From positions 198,465,569-198,526,000 of the forward strand of contig NC_091475.1 of the NCBI RefSeq assembly GCF_036971445.1: 60,432 nucleotides of DNA. Direction: 5' to 3'. The first letter of the stretch is position 1. Each line of letters begins with the position of its first letter. Made by a program: the position numbers and the translations under genes. Source of the stretch: Narcine bancroftii (lineage: Eukaryota). Below the pieces are notes generated by a model. That model had not been told where the DNA came from, searched no databases, and saw only the letters and a list, made by a program, of their open reading frames with translations. Below are positions 13,318 through 24,374 of the stretch, piece by piece.

Positions 13318-13899
13318 TTTTTTTTTTTTCTTTGGCTTGGCTTCGCGGACGAAGATTTACGGAGGGGGTAAAAAGTCCACGTCAGCTGCAGGCTCGTTTG
13401 TGGCTGACCAGTCCGATGCGGGACAGGCAGACACGATTGCAGCGGTTGCAAGGGAAAATTGGTTGGTTGGGGTTGGGTGTTGGGTTTTTCCTCCTTTGCC
13501 TTTTGTCAGAGAGGTGGGCTCTGCGGTCTTCTTCAAAGGAGGCTGCTGCCCGCCAAACTGTGAGGCGCCAAGATGCACGGTTTGAGGCGTTATCAGCCCA
13601 CTGGCGGTGGTCAATGTGGCAGGCACCAAGAGATTTCTTTAGGCAGTCCTTGTACCTTTTCTTTGGTGCACCTCTGCCACGGTGGCCAGTGGAGAGCTCG
13701 CCATATAATACGATCTTGGGAAGGCGATGGTCCTCCATTCTGGAGACGTGACCCATCCAGCGCAGCTGGATCTTCAGCAGCGTGGACTCGATGCTGTCGA
13801 CCTCTGCCATCTCGAGTACCTCGACGTTAGGGGTGTGAGCGCTCCAATGGATGTTGAGGATGGAGCGGAGACAACGCTGGTGGAAGCGTTCTAGGAGCC
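13318..13899 (-). mobile_element. 5'-truncated RTE-clade LINE in RP2 intron 3 (antisense)
   Basis: ORF 13382-13810: QLRWMGHVSRMEDHRLPKIVLYGEL..RGAPKKRYKDCLK..CNRCNRVCLSRIGLVSHKRAC (C-terminal zinc finger). A-rich tail at 13318-13329. Confidence 0.93.
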
Positions 13900-15256
13900 A
13901 CTACCTTAATAATTCCACTTCTACTTTAATAATTTCTCTTTCCTCTTACTCTCTGTGCTTTGTCTTGAAGCCAGCTGGTCATATTCTGTGGTTGAGGCCT
14001 AACATCTTTTGATGGTGATCCTTTAAAGATTTTTTGCACATCAGACTGCTTTATCATTCCCTTGGTCAATTCTGTGCCATTCAATAAGAATGGGCTGACT
14101 ATTCATTATTATACTTATGTCCACATGTTTTGTATAATCTCTTATAATTTGGATTCCTTTATTTTTCATACCATGAATATTAAAGAAATGCTTTACAGAT
14201 TCCTGTAAAAGCTGTCTGTTCATTGCTTAAAAAATAAGTATTACCAGTATGTTACCTAGTCACCAGTCTGACAATACTTTCCTATAATTTTAGTCAGATG
14301 ACCTTGTCCTGGCATTTAAAACCTTTTGCTATAAAAGATGACATATCCTTTGCTACCCAATTTCCATCAATCAGCTGTCATATTCTAGTGGAAATTGTTG
14401 GTCAGCTAATGAGTTAATAATTCTGTCACATTTATAATCTTTTTACATAGTTATTTTGAAACATGTGAATGTAATCTATACGCATGAGGATTTTTGTATG
14501 TAACTTTTGAATAGTGTACTTAATATGTAGTTTATTTTTTTAAGCACTCTATTTATTATATAACTTGGCTTTCAATGTCATAACCACCTGTTTTGTCTCC
14601 CTAGTGAATTCTGAAGAATAATAATTGAATAAGTCTGCCTGTGACCACCAGTGGTGTTGTATAGACCAGCCATTCTTAACAGGCCATACAGGCCTCTGGG
14701 GGGGGGGGGGTCACAAAATATTTCATGGGGGTAATGGACTGAAATCATAAAATATTTGTTCTGTTTTTTATGTAGTTGGTAGGAGAGAAGTATGTAAGAA
14801 ACCAATTAAATGCTTCACAGGAAAGGGGCCCAATAAACTTTGAGTCCTAAGGGGGCCATAGCCAAAAACTGGTGAAAACAGCTGGTCTAGACTATATCTT
14901 AATCACAGGAATTACCAGAGGAATTTCTATCAAAATGGTTCTTCAATTTAATGCTGCTTGACCTGATAACAATTTCCAGCATTTTCTGTTTCTGTTCTTT
15001 TTTTTTTAAATGGTGTTTATAAAATAATTTAATATCCTATTTTATGTTCTCGGAAGTTGCTGTCTTTTTTTTAGTCTAATAATAAAATGTTGAAAATTTT
15101 GCCATTATGACATTGATAAAATCTGGTTGACTTGAATATAATGTAATCTGAAAATTAAAACTGAATCATCCAATTGCCACGATACCCAAGAGATGGTTAA
15201 ATGTATGTTTCAGGTACAGCAATAAAAATTTTGTTTTTTTTTAAATCCTTTTACAG

Positions 15257-15342
15257 GTCCTGTTGTTGCATTGGAATTTAATGGAGATGGCTCAGTGGAG
15301 GTCTGTCAGAATATAATCAGTTCTGTGTTCAGTACTTCCAAG
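15257..15342 (+). CDS. RP2: RP2 coding exon 4
   Basis: Acceptor CTTTTACAG|GT and donor AAG|GTAAAA. 86 bp, phase compatible with exon 3. Translates (G)[28 protein letters not shown]. Confidence 0.96.
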
Positions 15343-16559
15343 GTAAAATGGACTTTCAAAAATGAACAGATTGTAGACAATTTTTTCATGATTGGGTGGA
15401 CCATTCAATAACCTCATCAATATTAAAATCTTTAAATTATTAAATCTCAATATTAAATCTCATTTTAATGCCTTGCAAATGTTACCTGGTTGGAAAAACA
15501 TTTCAATGTTTCTGGAGACGTGGAAATACTGACTAAGGTGTGACAAGTATTCTTTTGGATTTAAGGTTCCATTTTAATCTGAGCAACTGAGTTTGTAGTG
15601 AATGTTACCCAATTGATCCTTGATATTCAATGTGTGACATTTGAAGCATATTCTCTATGCTTGAAAGGAACACATGATCCTGATGAAAGCTTTGTAGATC
15701 TCCCTGTCAATTTATTATTACTCTTATCTCTAATATAATAATAATACTCTAATATATGGATAAACATAATGTGTTTATTGCACATTGTACTGTGCTTTCC
15801 TGTTAAGACTATTGGATGCTTTTGTAATTAGGTAATGTTAATCAAAGAATTGTATGCATTTAAAATTTTTTTATTTGCACATTCACAAGTTGATGCCTCA
15901 CCTCCATGAGCAGCACATTACATTGAGCAAATAACTAAAAAGTGACAAAGCGTTAACAAAATCATTCAGATACTTATAACTTGGGCACATGCCCAAGGTC
16001 ATTAGGGCATGGAAACTTCCTTTGGCCTAACTTATCCATACTGAGCAAACTAGACTCATTTTCCTTCATTTGGCCTGTGTCCACTAAACCTTTCTTATCC
16101 ACGTAGCTGTTGAGAGATACTAAACCTAGAGGAGAGTTAAAGCCAGGAAATTAGAAACAACTTATCCTTTCGAGATAACTATTTTGTTTGTCTCTTGCCC
16201 ATTCTGGAATAGAACAACTGTCCAAGAATGTACATGGTGCAGTCATATCCTCCGAAACATCAGAATGAGATAGAAAATAAAAACTTTGTGAAAATATATA
16301 TTTTAAATATTATGCAAATTCGGGAGTCTGCATCCTATTGAGACATAGCCGATGTAAAGTACTCCATTTTCTGTCAATACTCCACATAGAAATAATTTTT
16401 TTTTTTCACAAAACAGCATGAAAATACTGTTTTTTAATTAAAATATTTGTAGAATGGACTAAAATATTTGAAGGTAGTAGATGTTTGATTTGTTTTTGCA
16501 TGCTATGTGGACATCATTTCTAACAGCATCTGCTTTTGTTTTTTTTTAAAAAAAAACAG

Positions 16560-16643
16560 GTGTTTGTTTCTGAAAGCAAGTCTTCAGGATGCCAAGATGT
16601 GGACAATTTCTATAATTACGCTGATATACAAATGGGAATGTAA
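16560..16643 (+). CDS. RP2: RP2 coding exon 5 (terminal, to stop codon)
   Basis: Acceptor ACAG|GTG. Translates VFVSESKSSGCQDVDNFYNYADIQMGM*, matching human [27 protein letters not shown]. Confidence 0.96.
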   Translation: MFVSESKSSGCQDVDNFYNYADIQMGM

Positions 16644-17004
16644 AAATATACAAGGGTTATGCGCCAATATCAAATCAGCAAATTGTTATTTTCCTGTTGT
16701 ATAATACTGTATCTTAACGTTGACCTTCTGGAAATAGTATTGTGAAGTAAGGGTAATTTTTGCAAAGATTTAATATCCTTAATGTTATGTTTTCTAAGTA
16801 ATGCTCGTCAAAGTATTATACGCATTCTTGTGTACATTTTAAACATTGTCTGCTTTTGTTCATTTAAAGGAAAAATACAGGTTCCTGGAGTACTTTTTAT
16901 TTGATGTACCAGTAATCATAGTTTTACTGTAGAACATGAAAATATTTGGACCAACATACCTTAAGTTTTTCACCCATTCTCAGAATAGCTGAAGAAAGTA
17001 AGTG

Positions 17005-17575
17005 ACACAGGTGGTACAACTGTTTTGATAGCTGCACCAGCCATGCAGGTTCAATCCTGACCTCCAGTGCTCTTTCTGGCATTTTGCATATTCACCCTGT
17101 TATCCTGTGGATTTATCTGTATGCTGGCATTTCTTCTCACATCCTGAAGGTATATGTTTGTTGACTAATTGGCACTGTAAATTCTCCCTTGTGTGTAGCT
17201 GAGTGGGTATTGATTGGAATGAAGTTTTTCATGCAAGTGTGCACTTAATGGTTGGCATGGACAAATTTGCTGAAGGGCCTGTTTCCATTCTTGTATGACT
17301 TTAAAAATAAAGTTGTTTCCCCATCCCATTTACACGTCCTTGAGCAGCATGATTAGCGTAGCAGTTAACACAATACTATTACAGGGTCAGTGACCCAGAT
17401 TCAAATTCGTCGCTGTCTGTAAGGTGCTTGTACGTTCTCCCCTTGTCTGCATGAGTCTCCTCTGGGTGTTCCCTCCCACCTTCAAAATGTACAGGGATTG
17501 TAGGTTAATTTGGGATAGTTGGACGGCAAAGGCTTATGGGCTGGAAGGCCCTGTTACCGTGCTTTATGTCTAAAT
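17005..17575 (+). mobile_element. Two adjacent V-SINE (HE1-like) copies
   Basis: Box-B-like GGTTCAATCC (17048) and GATTCAAATTC (17398), each followed by a V-domain-like TTGCATATTCACCCTGT or TTGTACGTTCTCCCCTTGTCTGC. Confidence 0.65.
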
Positions 17576-17744
17576 TACCCACACAATGGCATTTGGCATG
17601 GAGGCTCCTTAACTCAATTTTATTTTGTTAATTATTTCACTTTTATCAATAACTTTGATTTGTCTAGGATCTTTCAGGGAAAAAGTTGCTTAAGGGGTTT
17701 CCAAGATAAGTATTTATAAAAATGGTCATCAAGTCTAGAGGGAA

Positions 17745-18290
17745 GTTTAATTCAAAGTTCAGATTTATTGACAAGAGTAACATAAACAATCCTGAGATTC
17801 TTTTTCCTGCGGGCCAGGCAGAATTTCTACTTATTGGTAGTGCAAAAGCTGTACTCAAGAAAGATACGTATACAAAAGAGAGAAATGTATACCAAAAAAA
17901 TAAATTCAAACTATTCAAAAGAGAAAAAAATTATATCATAAATATATGTAAAGCAAGAGTCTTTAAATTGAGTCCCTGATCGAGTTTGTTGTTGAGGTGG
18001 AGGGGTAGCAGCTGTTCTTGAACCTGGTGGTGCACATCTTGTGGGACTTGTAGCTCTTTCCTGATGGTAGCAGTGAGAACAGAGCATGTTCTGGGTGTTG
18101 TGGATCCTTGATGATTGAAGCTGTTCTTTGATGCCAGCATTCCATGTAAATTTATTTCTATGGTGGGGAGAGTTTTACCTGTGATACTGTATACTGGGCT
18201 GTGTCCACTACCTTTTTGGAGGGCTTTCCACTCAGATATTGGTGCTCCCATATTAGACTGTGATGCAGCCGGTCAGCACATTCCATTACA
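17745..18290 (-). mobile_element. Rex1/Babar LINE 3' fragment
   Basis: Translates RTASIIKDPQHPEHALFSLLPSGKSYKS..TTRFKNSCYP, the typical Rex1/Babar C-terminus. Confidence 0.8.
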
Positions 18291-18938
18291 CATTAGTTCA
18301 AGTTTTTCGATTGGGGACACATGGGCAGAAGTTTAAGTGATATCTTTAGTTTTGTGGGAGCTACTCAACCATTGAAAAACCAACAAAATGAAGGAAGGTT
18401 CAACTCAGGAAATTGAAGTTTTAAAATTTTAACATCCAATAAAAATTCTTTTCCCTTGTAACTTGGGCTGATCTTGTAGCCTTTAAGTATTTTTCATCTT
18501 TTACAGTGAAGTGGCATTTATACTATTGACACAATGTAATCTTTAATGATTTTATTGCTGAAAAGTAAAAGTTGGAATTTGGATTTCTTAATAATTCTAA
18601 CAGTAGGACAGATTACAATGTCAACTTTATAAAAGAATTGTTGAGATAGTTGAAGGTTACATTAATGAACACTAATGGAAAAATATATTTTAATCAAACG
18701 TTTCAGATCTACCCCATCCTAGATATTTCTTACTCCTATGGGAAACTTGTAGCTTGGTTTTGTGATCGTTTTTGAATTTTTGTGGCAGATGGTAACTTTT
18801 GAATTTTTCTAGTTAAAAACTTTGTGCTAAATATTTACACCTTATTTTCTATGTACATTTTTAGTAAATTGTGCTTTAACAAGTCATTTGTCAATTTTAT
18901 ATACAGTACCATTGGTCAGAAATTATGAGCTGTAGTTT

Positions 18939-19858
18939 CTTTTCTTCTTCTTTGGCTTGGCTTCGCGGACGAAGATTTATGGAGGGGGTAAAAGTCCACG
19001 TCAGCTGCAGCCTCGTTTGTGGCTGACAAGTCCGATGCGGGACAGGCAGACACGGTTGCAGGGGAAAATTGGTGGGTTGGGGTTGGGTGTTGGGTTTTTC
19101 CTCCTTTGTCTTTTGACAGTGAGGTGGGCTCTGCGGTCTTCTTCAAAGGAGGTTGCTGCCCGCCGAACTGTGAGAAGCCAAGATGCACGGTTTGAGGCGA
19201 TATCAGCCCACTGGCGGTGGTCAATGTGGCAGGCACCAAGAGATTTCTTTAGGCAGTCCTTGTACCTCTTCTTTGGTGCACCTCTGTCACGGTGGCCAGT
19301 GGAGAGCTCGCCATATAACACGATCTTGGGAAGGCGATGGTCCTCCATTCTGGAGACGTGACCCACCCAGCGCAGCTGGATCTTCAGCAGCGTGGACTCG
19401 ATGCTGTCGACCTGCCATCTCGAGTACTTCGACGTTTGGGATGAAAGCGCTCCAATGGATGTTGAGGATGGAGCGGAGACAACGCTGGTGGAAGCGTTCT
19501 AGGAGCCGTAGGTGATGCCGGTAGAGGACCCATGATTCGGAGCCGAACAGGAGTGTGGGTATGACAACGGCTCTGTATACGCTTATCTTTGTGAGGTTTT
19601 TCAGTTGGTTGTTTTTCCAGACTCTTTTGTGTAGTCTTCCAAAGGCGCTATTTGCCTTGGCGAGTCTGTTGTCTATCTCATTGTCGATCCTTTGCGGAAA
19701 CTGCCAAAGTGTTTGGCCTGGAAGTCAGTCTGAAGAAAACTGAGGTCCTCCATCAGCCAGCTCCCCACCATGACTACCAGCCCCCCCACATCTCCATCGG
19801 GCACACAAAACTCAAAACGGTCAACCAGTTTACCTATCTCGGCTGCACCATATCATCA
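18939..19858 (-). mobile_element. RTE-clade LINE with 5' inversion and 12-bp TSD
   Basis: Minus-strand RTE 3' part at 18939-19692 and plus-strand RTE segment at 19691-19860. TSD GAGCTGTAGTTT at 18927-18938 and 19859-19870. Confidence 0.92.
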
Positions 19859-20927
19859 GAGCTGTAGTTTGAAACAGAGGCATCCAACATTCTTTTAGAT
19901 TGTAAATAAACAAAAGATACCCCAAATAATCAAGTGAGAACCAAAGTAGGTGGGAAAAATACTGGAGAGGTAGAAGACTACATTTCACAACAGGACAAAT
20001 AGACCCTTTACATTTTGTGCTATTAATTTCCTATGGTTTAATAAAATAGTAAAGCCTGCACTATTCCTTTTGTTACAATAAATTGTTTGCTCTTTTGTTA
20101 ACAAAAAAAATTAACACTTCGTTCACAAGAAGCACACTATAAGTAAACAGTAATACAAAGAGACTTGATTAGAATCTTTGGCTGCATTGTGTGTAAAATT
20201 TATTTCAGTGTTTAACCTGCATAATCATGTTAATTATGTAAATATCATTAGTTGACACTTTGATCCACTTCATCTAGATGGACTAATTTCTGTTTGGTCT
20301 CAACTTTGTAATTTTATTCTCTTTCATTATGTCATAAAGCTTCCAGATTTAAGGTGTCTATTAATTGCTTTCCAGACTTTTCATGCAACCCCTTTACAGA
20401 AGGAAAGTCTAATGAGCTTTTTTCATGGGTGTGCTCTTTGCAGCAACATTAATTCTGAAATAAGTCATGAAAGATTTTAATTATTTTTTTTACAGATTAA
20501 AAAAGTTAGGTACAGAAATGGACATTGATAGACTTTTTAGAGTATTTATGCTCCAGGGGAGCTTGCATACACCCCTCCATCCAACTCTAATTTACCTTTC
20601 AATCCATTCACACTTTTTGTCTGGATAATTCCAAGTAATTGTAGTAGTCAGTGAATTCATGATTCCACAACTAAAATCATTAAATAATCTGTAACAAATT
20701 TTGGAATTTAAATATGAAAGTCAACTTACATAATGGTAAATTATCTGCAATCATTCCGAGGTAACATTGACAAATGCTTGTTAGAAAATCAGTAGAAAAA
20801 AATCTCAGATTTGCTGAAGAAATGTTCTGGTTGCAGATCATAAGTGGTTTCAGCTCAGAGACCTTGTTCATCTGTCAGCCCAACTGTGCTAACAATCTTG
20901 TTACCACCGCACTCCTTGCTCATTGAA

Positions 20928-20959
<32 letters not shown>

Positions 20960-21227
20960 TTTTTTTTTTTTTTTTTTAAATTTTTTTATTTTTCACACCA
21001 TAAATCACATTAGCCATGATATACACTATTTCTTTTCACACATATACAGTGACTTTTTCTCCCCCCCCCCCCTTTCCTCCCAAACCACCCCCCCACCCCC
21101 CCCTCTCATCCATTTTAGGTATACAATCTAGGTTGCATTAAGCCAGTCAGACAATGTTGTCATTCAACCAAATTACACCAGAAATTCTACTGAGTCCATT
21201 CTTTTCTTTCCTTCTCCTTCCATCAAC

Positions 21228-21435
21228 TTAGGTAATGTTTGTCCCCGGTAGGTTTTCGCTATTGTATTTAATGTAAGGCTCCTATACTTGTTCGAATATT
21301 TCAATGTTATTTCTTAACCAATATGTTATTTTTTCTAATGGAATACATTTATTCATTTAAATTTGGTAGTTTCTTCCTTTTAATTTGGTTATGTATTCCA
21401 TTAATATTTAAAGACATATAGTTCAGCGTAGCCCT
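21228..21435 (-). pseudogene. Fused N- and C-terminal stubs of L1 ORF2
   Basis: 21435-21358 reads (R)ATLNYMSLNINGIHNQIKRKKLPNL (APE endonuclease start). 21356-21228 reads MNKCIPLEKITYWLRNNIEIFEQV*EPYIKY (fish-type L1 ORF2 end). Confidence 0.8.
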
Positions 21436-22034
21436 TTTATATTTTGTTTATCTTCTCTTTCCGTTTTTCCATCATTACCTTTCCTCCTTTTCCATTTCTG
21501 TTTTCTTATTTTCAACTCTTTATAAGACAACATTCCTACAACATCTAACATTTTCCTTATTCTCCTATTTCTATCTTATTTATCCCCAATCTCCCCTTCA
21601 CCTCCTGAGTTGTCCTTTATCCCTTGTCGGACAACCACATCTCCCCTCTCCATTTGGATTTGCGAATCCACTCGCAAGCGTCAACTGATTTTGCAGTGAC
21701 CGCTATTTCCCCCCACCCCGCCTCCCCCAGAAAAGATTTCACTTTTCATATGTCACAAAGGTCCCTCTTTTAATTCCCTCCTTATTCTCTCTATTCCATT
21801 ACCTTCCCTTATTAATTCTTGTCTATACTATCCATATTTTCCTCTAAGTACAGATACATTCATGTATGCTCATTGTCTCTATTCACTCTTATACCTCTTT
21901 ACCTGCATACATATCAATCGTGATCATTTTTACTCTCATTACCCGTCTTCATCCCTCAGTCTATTTTTGTCTTTACCCACATACATATCAGTCGTGATCG
22001 TTTTAACTCTCATTACCCGTCTTCCTCCCTCAGT

Positions 22035-23258
22035 CTATTTTTGTAATTGTTCTGCAAATTTTCGTGCTTCTTCTGGATCCGCGAATAGTCTGTTTTGTTG
22101 TCCTGGAATAAATATTTTCAATACCGCTGGATGCTTTAGTATAAATTTATACCCTTTCTTCCATAAAATCGCCTTTGCTGTATTGAACTCTTTTCTCTTC
22201 TTTAGGAGTTCAAAACTTATATCTGGATAAATGAAGATTTTTTGCCCTTTATACTCCAGTGGTTTGTTGCCCTCTCTTACTTTTTCCATTGTCTTCTCCA
22301 GTACCTTTTCTCTTGTAGTATATCTTAGGAATTTTACTACAATAGATCTTGGTTTTTGTTGTGGTTGTGGTTTAGAGGCCAATACTCTATGTGCCCTTTC
22401 TATTTCCATTTCATGCTGTAGTTCTGGACATCCTAGGGTCTTAGGGATCCACTCTTTTATAAACTCCCTCATATTCTTGCCTTCTTCATCTTCCTTAAGG
22501 CCCACTATCTTTATGTTATTTCTTCTGTTATGGTTTTCCATTGTATCTATTTTTTGAGCTAGTAGTTCTTGTGTCTCTTTAGTTTTTTTATTAGATTCCT
22601 CCAATTTCTTTTTTAAGTCTTCTACCTCCATTTCTGCTGCTACTGCCCGCTCTTCCATCTTGTCCATTTTCTTTCCCATTTCTGTTAAGGTCATCTCCAT
22701 TTTATTTATTTTCTCTTCTGTGTTGTTTATTCTTTTTCTTAAATCCTTAAATTCCTGTGTTTGCCATTCTCTAAATGATTCCATGTATCCTCTAATAAGA
22801 GCAAGTATATCCTTTACCTTGCCTCTCTTTTCTTCTTCTATTTCACCATACTCTTCCTCTTCTTCTTCCTCTGGGTTGGCCATCTGTTGTTTCTTTGGTG
22901 CCCTTTCCTCCTCTTCTATCTTGTTTCTATTGTCTTCTGTGGTCTCTTCTTGCTGCAGGTGTTCTGCAGCTGTCGTTGCCGGCTGTGGAGATCGACTCCC
23001 CAGCTGGTCCCCCCTCCCGTCGGTGTGTTTTTTTTCATTCGCATCGCGCATGCGCGAAACTTCGCGCATGCGCGGTTGCGCACTTTTGTTCGGCTCTGCG
23101 AGCCATTTTTGTAGTCCATTATTTACCGACCTGAGGGAGCGGGTTTCTCTCTCCGCAGCGGGCCTCTTCGGACAGGTAAGGCCTTCACCTTTTTCCTCCT
23201 TTGTCTTCTCTTCCTCTCTTCTTACCGTTGCTTTCGACTTTTCTTTTTTTGTCGCCAT
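22035..23258 (-). CDS. L1 ORF1p (coiled coil + RRM + CTD; Transposase_22 family), 407 aa, uninterrupted
   Basis: Heptad-rich region followed by ENHNRRNNIKIVGLKE, EIERAHR, PRSIVVKFLRY, IYPDIS..KRKEF and HPAVLKI. Confidence 0.93.
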   Translation of the reverse strand: MATKKEKSKATVRREEEKTKEEKGEGLTCPKRPAAERETRSLRSVNNGLQKWLAEPNKSAQPRMREVSRMRDANEKKHTDGRGDQLGSRSPQPATTAAEHLQQEETTEDNRNKIEEEERAPKKQQMANPEEEEEEEYGEIEEEKRGKVKDILALIRGYMESFREWQTQEFKDLRKRINNTEEKINKMEMTLTEMGKKMDKMEERAVAAEMEVEDLKKKLEESNKKTKETQELLAQKIDTMENHNRRNNIKIVGLKEDEEGKNMREFIKEWIPKTLGCPELQHEMEIERAHRVLASKPQPQQKPRSIVVKFLRYTTREKVLEKTMEKVREGNKPLEYKGQKIFIYPDISFELLKKRKEFNTAKAILWKKGYKFILKHPAVLKIFIPGQQNRLFADPEEARKFAEQLQK

Positions 23259-24374
23259 CTTCTTTCCACCTTTATACTCACTTTTCTGTAACTTTTATTT
23301 CTGTGCCTTTGTGTTTTCTCTTGTTTTTCCCGACTTTTCTGGAGAGGGCTGGAGTTCACCGTCCGGCCACTACTCCATCACGTGACTCCTCCCGCTCATT
23401 GAATTTTTTGATGCAATTATCTAATTTTCTTTTAAAAGGACATGTCATCAGATCAACAAGAACGTGACACACAAATCCACATTCCGTATTGATGAGTGAC
23501 TTTTTTGGAATGTTATCAAAATATTTGTGACTGGTTGGTAGAATAGACCATTGATTACAACCTGGTAAAAGTAGATGATTTTAATTTTTTTCCTCCCCAT
23601 ACAGAACATTTGCAACTTTTTTCAGTAACAACTCTTCAATGAAAAAAAAAATCCCAATGTTTATAAACTGTCTTCTGCATTAGCCTAATACAAGGCAGGA
23701 AATCAGCTCCATAAACAACACCCTACCCTATAATCCAGCTTTCAGAATTAGTAACACAAGGAATATTTTACATATTGCTTGATTCTAAATGTAATTTTAC
23801 AACAAATCCTAGATCTACATCACTCTCACCTTCCCTCAATTTTTCAACCTAGATTTCAGTGGGACTTAATTCACCACACTTTCGAATTTTGAATGTTTGT
23901 TACCAAATACTTGTCATTTATTTGTCCATGGAACATACAAATATGCCACCAATGTTTGAACCATTTTCTGATGTGTTAAACCAATAATTCTGCTTTGGAG
24001 GTTCAAACCTAATGGTGCTGAAAACTGGAGGTTTTAAAGAATGTACATCTTGTGTGAGCACGACCTTATTATCTCAAATCTTCACAAGACCAACTGTTGA
24101 CTTGTAAATTGAACATTTTAAAGTTATTGTTGTTCCTTTTGTAAAAGCAATAAATAGATGTCTCATATTTGCAATCATCTAGTACTTTAACCTTGAAAAC
24201 ATTTACTTCAGTAATGTTGGGAATAATTGTGAAGATTAAATCTGAAGCAATTGAATTTGATCCGCATTAATATATTTCTCAATGTTACTCTTGATGATGA
24301 AGTGGTTTAATTAAAAAGTTCAAGGACTTATTCAACGTACTTTTCTATTCAGAAAACTCGTAAATGGAAGGCCA

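Larger units (their letters stand above)
20934..23393 (-). mobile_element. ORF1-only L1 derivative (HAL1-like), complete with 5' UTR, poly(A) tail and TSD
   Basis: TSD GCTCATTGAATTTTTT at 20918-20933 and 23394-23409. Long poly(A) with AATAAA at 20985-20990 (minus strand). 5' end GGGAGGAG. Intact ORF1, with ORF2 present only as stubs. Confidence 0.92.

Noticed and set aside
22660-23385. 241-aa plus-strand Ser/Phe-rich ORF (an ORF0-like antisense gene)
   Set aside because: It is the expected antisense shadow of the Glu/Lys-rich ORF1 and has no ATG-led coding evidence.
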